Source: Paraspadella gotoi
Taxonomy: Eukaryota > Animalia > Chaetognatha
Length of the DNA stretch: 7,697 nt
NCBI GenBank assembly: GCA_051294375.1
Contig: JBJCIZ010001186.1
Coordinates: 1-7,697 of the forward strand
Direction of reading: 5' to 3'
Shown one piece after another: positions 1-6,736 of this stretch; position 1 is the first letter of the stretch; each line of letters starts with the position of its first letter. A model generated the notes under the pieces. It did not search any database. It saw nothing but the letters and a program-made list of their open reading frames with translations, and had not been told where the DNA came from. The position numbers and the translations under genes were made by a program.

Positions 1-659
1 CCCATTTGCTTCTATATGTAAGTTTTCCTTGCCTCTGCTGCTTGCGACAGGCTTGGTGAGTTAAGTGTGTCTCCTCCCCTCCCTTACAAGCGAGCAAAGC
101 GAACAAGATTTGCTAATATTTCTATCAATACTTTCTAACAACCAAGCTATTCTCACTCCTAGTGAAGAGCTACGCCTGGCCGTTCCACTGTAAATCTTAT
201 ATCAATGATGCTGCTTATTATTTCCAATTGTAGTTATGACAAGCCTAATTCTTTCCCAAAAATAACTTCATCTAGATCGGCACATTACCAACATTATAAC
301 AAGGAGCTTGACTATATTTATTAAAACTTGTACACACCTGAATATCTAAAATAGCCATACAAAGGCCGCCAGGCATGATTGCCTTTAATCAAAGATAAAA
401 TAAAAAATTCAACATGAAAGAAAAAAAAACGTAACCAGACAAGCCTATTTTTTATTAAATAAATGAGACCCCGAAACAAAAAGTGCAAAAAAGAAAAAGT
501 AACTGCGCAAGCAAAACAAGACAGAAACAAACGAAAAAAAAACAATTCCTCCTGATTTCGCAGATTATAAGTCGAAATCGAGCAACGAGCCTAAAACCTC
601 TAATGGGCAAAGGACTTGCCCCTGACTGAAGATAAGACCGACCAGAGAAGAAATCGCAG

Positions 660-760
660 AAGACCGAGAGAGACTGCGCACTGACGGAGAGCGAGAGGAG
701 AGAGAGTGAGAGAGAGGAGACAGAGAGCACCCAGCCCAGAGAGCAGATGACAGCAAGGGG
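660..760 (+). repeat. Degenerate GA-rich simple repeat
   Basis: Interrupted GAGAGA runs. Confidence 0.75.
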
Positions 761-859
761 AGGAACATGGCGGGTTCTCTGCTGCGTAATAAGAAATTCA
801 AACAAGGTCTCCGGTCGTGGTAAAAATATCTCAACGTAGCTTTGCTTTCAAAAAGCCAG

Positions 860-911
860 CTTCCTCTCTCATCTCTCTCTTTTCTCCTCTCTCCTCCCTC
901 TTTCTTTCTTT
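860..911 (+). repeat. CT-rich polypyrimidine repeat
   Basis: Almost pure C/T tract with (CT)n runs. Confidence 0.8.
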
Positions 912-1111
912 GCTACCCTCCAGATTTTCATAGCCTCTCACTCGCTTGATTTAAATAACTTTTAAGGCCACTTACCTTGATAATTCCATAACCGTGAAAC
1001 GACTTAGAAAAATTAATAATAGAGAACGCAGAATACGAGTGAAGAATGTATTTAAGTACTGAAAAATACAATAAAATTAGCATTGTTGTCAATTATGCAT
1101 ACAAAATATAC

Positions 1112-1270
1112 AAAAGAAACAGAAAGAAAGAAAATGAAAGAACAGTCGCAAAGATAACAAGAAAGAACAACAAAAAGAAAGAAAGGAAAGAAAGAAAGAC
1201 AAGAAAAAGAAAGAAAGAAAGACAAAAAGGAAAGAAATGTAAGAAAGAAAGAGAAGAGAGAAAGAAGAAG
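1112..1270 (+). repeat. Degenerate (AAAG)n simple repeat
   Basis: Repeated AAAG/AGAA units, near-pure purine tract. Confidence 0.85.
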
Positions 1271-1783
1271 TACGAAGATAGACGAGAGCGCGCGAGCGAG
1301 TGCGAGCGTCTCATATACACAACACATATCCATATAATCTTCATCCACGAGCGCGCGCGCGGCCGAGGTGTCTGCCTCCCGTTAGGCGCGAGGAAGTGGA
1401 GGCGACTGTAGAGAGAGCTTAGAAGCTGCATTGGAGTTGCAGCTAGAGAACGCGAACTGAGCCGATAGCTCTGCTTGCAATGGCGTTGATCGAGCTTCCT
1501 GACGCGTTTAAGTCGTGACCACGGCGCTCTTAGTTCCGCGCACACTGGCCTTCGCTTTGCGTGGCGCTTCAGACGCGCAGTCGCCGGTCGCATGATGGCT
1601 TGCTCGTCGCCTTTGCAATGGCACTTGCGTATGGCGTTCTAAATCGAGCGAGAAGATAACTTCTTGTCCAAAGTATGTTTGGACAACTACGTACTTTCTT
1701 ACATGATTTGTTTGCCTAATACATCCATGCAAATGGCACAACAATATTGAATCGTAATGCGACGCAGGTTTTTCGTTTGCGGT

Positions 1784-1894
1784 GAGAGAGAGAGAGAGAG
1801 AGACGACGAGAGCACGATGAGAGAGAGCAGAGGACACGAGAGAGGATGACGATGAGCAAGAGAGAGAACAGAGAGAGAGAAGAGAGCAGAGAGA
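1784..1894 (+). repeat. (GA)n microsatellite, interrupted
   Basis: Pure GA run from 1784, followed by degenerate GA/GAC/GAT units. Confidence 0.9.
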
Positions 1895-2773
1895 TTCAAA
1901 ATTTCGACGCAATACATAAACAATAAAAGTGCACCAACCAATATTAAAACTCTTTATTAAAAAACTATATGAATAAATACTAAAATAACAATATAAAATA
2001 TAACTTATAATCAGAAATATATACTGTCACGCGATAGATGGAAAGTAAGTCCAAAATATTACATTTTTAATTGTCAAACCAACTTTCATACTATTCCCCA
2101 GATCTAATACTTTTATACCAACTGCAAAACAGTTTGCGTGAAATCATTCATACCTTCGTCAGTCAGGTACGCTACTCTGGCGACGTGAATAAACTAGACT
2201 GAGCATAGTCCTACGATTTAAAGCTTGCCATTGGACCATGCTACTTTTCAATTATCTTTGTGAAAATGGATGGAAGAACCCTTAACACCACCATAGCCCG
2301 TGACCCAATACCCAAGATTAACTTATTGATTGATTTTTTGATTTTAATTGTTGTAAAAATTAAAAACCTTTTTTCTACGCTAATCCTTTATTTTGGCACC
2401 TCTCTAATCGCCCCCGCAAGCCAAATCTCTCTGTTTTATACTACACCAAAATTTAACCATCAACAATAACTTCCAAATATGACGTCAAAATATTTCTCCA
2501 AAATGCACGCTCAAAATAACATCCTATACAACTGCCGAGAATTCTTATGGGATTTTTTACCGTCATAAAAGTTTTTTTTTTGTTCTATTTGACGAAAAAA
2601 TTTATATGCCTCAGAGAGACAAACAGCAAACACTAGAGACTAAACCCTAACGACGATGCATGACGTACTATGAGGGCCGACGACGACGATGGATGATGAT
2701 TGATATGTTATGTGATGGATGATGGGAGGAATCATGACGAGTTGACGACAAGAAGTGAATGCGTTCAGCCTCC

Positions 2774-2894
2774 GAAAAGAAATAAAGAAATAAAGAAAGA
2801 AAGAAAGAAAGAAAAAGAAAGCAAAGAACGAAGAAAGAAATGAAAGACAAACAAGAAAGAATAAGAAAGAAGACAAGACAAAGAAAGAAAGAAG
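2774..2894 (+). repeat. Degenerate (AAAG)n simple repeat
   Basis: AAAG units with a pure run near 2793-2811. Preceded by a degenerate (GAC)n/(GAT)n tract at ~2678-2725. Confidence 0.85.
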
Positions 2895-3082
2895 GACAAA
2901 CGACACCATACGGGACTAAACAGACCACTAATCGCGCCCACTCAATGATACGAAAAGAGGAACACGAAAAATCGAAGAACACGACACACGACCAGACAAA
3001 CTCGTCTTGACAACGAAAACAAAGACAAAGTGATTGTCTGTCTGCAAGACCGGCGCCCACATCGCCTCCTTTCCTCTTCCCT

Positions 3083-3198
3083 TCAAAACCTTCTATCCTT
3101 TTCTCAACTCTCTCCTTCCTCTCGAAAACTTCTGTCCCAGTTCCAATTTCTGTCCTTTCTTTCCTTAAACTTCTATCTTTTTCACAAACTTCTGTTCT
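3083..3198 (+). repeat. Degenerate ~20 bp minisatellite with AAACTTCT(A/G)TC core
   Basis: Core variants AAACCTTCTATCC, AAACTTCTGTCC, AATTTCTGTCC, AAACTTCTATCT and AAACTTCTGTTC at roughly 20 bp spacing. Confidence 0.6.
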
Positions 3199-3304
3199 GG
3201 CTCAAAGTGCAGGAGAGGTGATCGAGATCAAAATGGCGAACAAAATGATTTATTAAAATGAGAAAAGCGAAAGGGAATTGAACTGGGTAATTGTACAATG
3301 TGGC

Positions 3305-3330
3305 AGAGAGAGGAAGAGAGAGAGAGAAGA

Positions 3331-3381
<51 letters not shown>
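3305..3381 (+). repeat. (GA)n microsatellite
   Basis: Includes a perfect (GA)18 at 3345-3380. Confidence 0.97.
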
Positions 3382-3383
<2 letters not shown>

Positions 3384-3663
3384 ATTTTTGCTACCACCTT
3401 TATCTATGAAATTGGTTCAACCAATATAAAAATTATCCATTCATTCAATAAATATACTATGTTGCTGGGTGGTTAAGGTGACTAGGGTGGTTCGGGCATG
3501 GCTTCGCTTCAGGCTTCTCGTTGATATATATATCCAGTTTGTTCAGATTTCCCTTAACAAACTATAAAGAGAGAAAATTAAATATGTATAAAATTGAAAA
3601 CAATACAAGTTGAAAAAAAAACAACCGTTGAATATTCTATTTGTCACTCTATTTGTCGTCTGA

Positions 3664-3730
3664 CTCTCTCTTCTGTCTCTCTCTGTCTCTCTCTCTCTCT
3701 GTCTCTCTCTCTCCCTCTCTCTCTCTCTCC
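3664..3730 (+). repeat. (CT)n microsatellite
   Basis: CT dinucleotide tract with occasional GT interruptions. Confidence 0.95.
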
Positions 3731-3850
3731 TACTCTTGGCGTCAAAAAACTAAAAATGTTTTCACAGTTTTTTTTTCATTTCTTCGCCAAACTTTGAATC
3801 TTCACAGCGTCTGGGTTAGTTTTACTAGATCACAGTGGTGGGTAAAGAAT

Positions 3851-4147
3851 GACAGAGACAGAAGAGAGGACAGAAGAGAGAGATAGATGAGAGAGTAGGA
3901 GAGGAGAGAGAGAAGGAGAATGAAAGGGAGTGAAAGTAACGCGAGAACAAAGGTCACGGCCAACACGAGCTATAGAGATGCTGTCCCCGCGTTGTAGAGA
4001 TACGAAAGCAGTGAGTGAGAGAGAGGAGGAGAGAGAGAGAGAGAGGAAGAGAGAGAGAGAGAGAGAGAGAGGGGAGAGAGGAGAGAAAGAGAGAGAGTGA
4101 GTAGAGAGAGAGAGAGAAAGAGAGAGTGATGAGAGAAGAGAGAGGAA

Positions 4148-4197
<50 letters not shown>
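3851..4197 (+). repeat. Compound (GA)n microsatellite region
   Basis: GA-rich block ~3851-3920, a ~90 bp more complex insert, then a long (GA)n tract ~4016-4197. Confidence 0.93.
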
Positions 4198-4199
<2 letters not shown>

Positions 4200-4308
4200 C
4201 TTGAGGGGGCGTTTTTCAAAAGTTCATTTCCTTCATTCCCATGGCCGCCGGTGGTTTAGAAACCGAGGGGGGAGAGACGCGGCGGGGGAGGAGTGTGGCC
4301 TTACCCCA

Positions 4309-4371
4309 TCCACGCCCCTTGATTCTATTCCCCTCCACGCCCCTGATTCTATCCCTCTCCACGCCCCTGAA
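4309..4371 (+). repeat. 24-25 bp tandem repeat TCCACGCCCCTGATTCTATYCCYC, ~2.5 units
   Basis: Units start at 4309, 4334 and 4358; each begins TCCACGCCCCT. Confidence 0.9.
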
Positions 4372-4450
4372 TGGAGAGAACGAGTCTGAGCGAAAAGGGG
4401 AAGTTGATTATGTTGATGAAGTTCGAAGAGAAACAAAAATATCGAGACGG

Positions 4451-4712
4451 AAAATTTGTTACGAATATTTAAAGTTTATATTTCAAGTTTATTTTAAAAT
4501 TTGTTGAGTTTATCGTTTTAATTTTGTTTCAAATATGTTGTCAATATTATTTCAAATTTATTTTACTTTGATTCACAATTTGTTGTGAATATTATTTAAA
4601 ATTCTTTTCAAATTTGTTACAAATATAATTTCAAATTTGTTACGATTTTTGTTTTAATTTTGTTTTAATTTTATTTCAAATTTGTTACTAATATTATTTA
4701 AAATTTATTTTT
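4451..4712 (+). repeat. AT-rich degenerate minisatellite (TTTCAAATTTGTTAC / AATATTATTT motifs)
   Basis: AAATTTGTTAC recurs near 4452, 4610, 4634 and 4678, interleaved with AATATTATTT and TTTTAATTTTG variants. Confidence 0.8.
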
Positions 4713-4916
4713 TTCGAATCATCAGTTCCAAGAGGCAAGAGCACTTTCTTCTGTCTGGATGTCCGGACCGCCTCTTTTTTTTTGTCTATCGGTAAAATTA
4801 AATTTAAACATTGTGAGTAACTTTCCATGGCCTAAAAAAAAACAACTTTCAAGTAACTTGAAGGGAAACTTACCTTTTTTTTTAATTTCAATTTTCTCCA
4901 ATTTTTTTTTTGCCTC

Positions 4917-5333
4917 AGCGAATGAACGCAAGCACCGCTCGCACCGTTTTCGGTTATATTTTCGAAAAGCGACCAATTTCAGCCTAATTTCATAATTAAG
5001 TATATTTTTAAGTTTAAGTTAAGGGTTAGGTTAAGGATTAGGTTAAGGATTAGGTTAAGGATTAGGTTAAGGTTAAAGATTCGGATAGGTATTTAAAAAT
5101 TATGGTAACGGTTAGGGTCCTGGATAGGTATAATCATTAGAGATTATGATTAAAGATTTGGTTAAATATTTGGCAAAAAATTTAAGTTTAATATTTAAAT
5201 TAAAATTTATTTCAGGGATTAAGAATGGAAATGGGACGTTGTCGGAAAATAGTGCCCAAATTTCTTGCATATTTTTTTTGGCTTAATGTCGTTTTTTTTT
5301 CCAAATTTTTTTTTAAACGTGTTGCCGTTCGCT
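4917..5333. mobile_element. Candidate non-autonomous fold-back / MITE-like element with a telomere-like core
   Basis: Inner inverted arms 4957-4980 and 5228-5251 match at 18/24 positions ungapped. Weaker outer arms: AGCGAATGAACGCAAGCAC (4917-4935) vs the reverse complement of 5319-5333 (AGCGAACGGCAACAC). The arms enclose a GTTAAGGATTAG tandem array. No clear TSD. Confidence 0.4.
5018..5077 (+). repeat. 12-bp tandem repeat (GTTAAGGATTAG), 5 units, containing TTAGG
   Basis: Three perfect units (5030-5065) flanked by two variant units. Decayed similar motifs continue to ~5165. Confidence 0.92.
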
Positions 5334-5498
5334 TAGTAGCTTAGTGCTCATCCTTATGGCCTTTATGACTTCAGGAATAAAACTAAGTTATCGAGTAGCA
5401 AATTTGGATTAATTAAAAGGGAAGCAACAATAAAAACGAGAGCGTACAGAGAGCAGAACTCTGCGCAGCGACTGTTTTGACTTTTGGTTTGAATTAGT

Positions 5499-5622
5499 TT
5501 CTCTCTCTGTCTCTATCTTTTTCTCTCTCTCTCTCTTGGTACGTATATGTACGTATATGCATTTGAATGATACGACCGTATTATACAAAGTTTGAATAAC
5601 TCTCTCTCTCTGACTCTCTCTC
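5499..5622 (+). repeat. Two short (CT)n tracts flanking a 10-bp tandem duplication
   Basis: CT tracts at ~5499-5536 and ~5600-5621; GTACGTATAT x2 at 5539-5558. Confidence 0.75.
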
Positions 5623-5677
5623 GATCAACCCAAGAGCCCCATATGTTGACACCTTATAAGGAATTAAAGACAGCCAC

Positions 5678-5701
5678 GACGACGACGACGACGACGATGA
5701 T
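5678..5701 (+). repeat. (GAC)6(GAT)2 trinucleotide microsatellite
   Basis: Read directly from the sequence. Confidence 0.95.
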
Positions 5702-5750
5702 GAACAGCTGAGAAAAAACGTTGCCATCAGAAAGATATGATTCGGCAATC

Positions 5751-5983
5751 GAAGAACAGTAATATTAGATAATGTTAATGGACAAACCGTTCAATATAAG
5801 GCAGTTCCTAGCTTGCGGATCAGGCGGTAACACGCATGTTACAGCGCGCGTTAAAGCGCCCGATCCCTCTTAACTCCAGACGACCACCGGGCTAGAACCC
5901 GGAACCTTTGGGTGGGAGCGACATGACTTGCCTTCCGGCACCAATGCCCTGATGAACGGTTGGCTGATTTTAGTTCCACCATA
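5751..5983 (-). mobile_element. tRNA-derived SINE-like element / structured Pol III unit, copy 1
   Basis: Aligns by eye end to end with 6165-6399. The minus strand from 5947 reads GCATTGGTGCCGGAAGGCAAGTCATGTCGCTCCCACCCAAAGGTTCCGGGTTCTAGCCCGG, resembling eukaryotic tRNA-Gly (GCATTGGTGG...TCGCCTCCCAC...CCCGGGTTC...CCCGG), followed by ~125 nt of non-tRNA body. No poly(A) tail or target-site duplication seen. Confidence 0.6.
5878..5947 (-). pseudogene. tRNA-Gly-like head (not a complete tRNA) with internal Pol III promoter-like boxes, copy 1
   Basis: The 5' end GCATTGG matches the tRNA-Gly acceptor 5' strand. Anticodon-loop-like CTCCCAC (CCC=Gly), T-arm CCGGG-TTCTAG-CCCGG, and B-box-like GGTTCTAGCCC at 5899-5889. 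The 3' acceptor strand (expected CCAATGC) is replaced by TGGTCGTC. Confidence 0.6.
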
Positions 5984-6036
5984 CATGCCCCCCCTCCCGT
6001 AGCGGAGACATCTGTTTGACGTCTCTTCAGGAATTG

Positions 6037-6164
6037 TGTTGGTGAAAGTTCTCACCAAGTTAGGCATGTCGGCCTATTGTTGTGGCGGAAAGTGCAATCG
6101 CCAGGTTTGAGCATGTCGCCTGAAAGTGTTTTGTTGCTGTTGTTCGGAAGTCGGGCTCACCAAG
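6037..6164. repeat. Degenerate ~40-45 bp palindromic repeats (two full units, one partial) in the spacer between the SINE-like copies
   Basis: TGTTGGTGAAAGTTCTCACCAAGTTAGGCATGTCGGCCT (6037-6075), TGTTGTGGCGGAAAGTGCAATCGCCAGGTTTGAGCATGTCGCCT (6078-6121), partial TGTTGTTCGGAAGTCGGGCTCACCAAG (6138-6164). Confidence 0.5.
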
Positions 6165-6399
6165 GAAGAGACAGTAATTATTGATAAGTTGTTAATGACA
6201 AACCATTCAATAAAGCAGTTCCTGACTTCGGATTCATGGCTGTAACACCATGTTACAGGCGGGTTAAGCGCCCCGTACCCTCTTAACTGCCCAGACGACC
6301 ACCGTGGCTAGAACCGGACCTTTGGGTCTGAGGCGAATGACTTGCCTCCGCTACCAATGCCCGCTGATGAACGGTTGGCTGATCTTATAGTCCACCATA
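6165..6399 (-). mobile_element. tRNA-derived SINE-like element / structured Pol III unit, copy 2
   Basis: Direct repeat of 5751-5983, sharing blocks such as CCCTCTTAACT, CCAGACGACCACCG, ACCTTTGGGT, ATGACTTGCC, ACCAATGCCC and TGATGAACGGTTGGCTGAT. The minus-strand head from 6360 reads GCATTGGTAGCGGAGGCAAGTCATTCGCCTCAGACCCAAAGGTCCGGTTCTAGCC. Confidence 0.6.
6294..6360 (-). pseudogene. tRNA-Gly-like head, copy 2
   Basis: GCATTGG start, A-box-like TAGCGGAGG at tRNA position 8 onward, B-box-like GGTTCTAGCC (6315-6306). Same non-pairing 3' TGGTCGTC as copy 1. Confidence 0.55.
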
Positions 6400-6736
6400 G
6401 CCAAACGCCGACGATGAACGAAGACGACATGATGCGACGACGAAAAGGTCAATTATCCACGTGGTCATTTCTCTAGGTTCGATCAAGTCAACCCTTTTGA
6501 CTCATCCAGCGTCAAAACTTGTATTTCTCGTAATGGAGATGGAAAATACTCATATCCCTTGTCCTAGTTGATTGTTTTGTCTTCTTTACTGGTTATTCAT
6601 ACGCGCCTGAGATCATCCTGATTGTTATTATAAATTAAAAAATCGTTGCCTAAATACTTTAAAAAATTCCATTCCATTTTTTTTGGTCAGATTTTCTCTT
6701 TTACTTTTCCCTTTTCCGCAATTTTTAATGGCGAAC

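Noticed and set aside
1508-1575. Histone-like peptides on the minus strand (KRH.K, APRK, GTK.AV)
   Set aside because: Fragments resemble different histones in different frames and there is no histone fold. Likely coincidence.
2238-2279. LINE reverse-transcriptase fragment (minus strand VLPSIFTKIIEKVA, like LPxFSKIxEK)
   Set aside because: No upstream YRPIS and no downstream QxGFR motif, and a stop follows shortly. Too short to separate from chance without a profile search.
2642-2650. Plant telo-box AAACCCTAA
   Set aside because: Single AT-rich 9-mer with no identifiable downstream gene; plausible by chance.
5018-5077. True telomere
   Set aside because: Short, internal, 12-bp period rather than pure (TTAGG)n or (TTAGGG)n, and flanked by ordinary sequence on both sides.
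5878-5947. Functional tRNA-Gly gene
   Set aside because: In both copies the acceptor 3' strand is TGGTCGTC and cannot pair with GCATTGG. D and anticodon stems do not form, and the anticodon region differs between copies.
5949-5955. Hammerhead ribozyme core CTGATGA (also 6364-6370), or C/D snoRNA box C
   Set aside because: No GAAA after a stem II and no stem I/III with an NUH site in any permutation. The nearest CTGA is only ~8 nt downstream, too close for a C/D snoRNA.
6037-6164. CRISPR array
   Set aside because: Only two or three divergent units, no unique spacers of regular length, no cas genes, and a eukaryote-like context.
6258-6346. HDV-like ribozyme (GGCGAATG resembles J4/2)
   Set aside because: I could not build the P1/P1.1/P2/P3 nested pseudoknot. 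The motif is explained as the antisense of the tRNA-like head.
6495-6517. Hairpin TTTTGAC-N9-GTCAAAA as a terminator or Helitron end
   Set aside because: AT-rich 7-bp stem with no U-tract and no CTRR at the expected distance; expected by chance.
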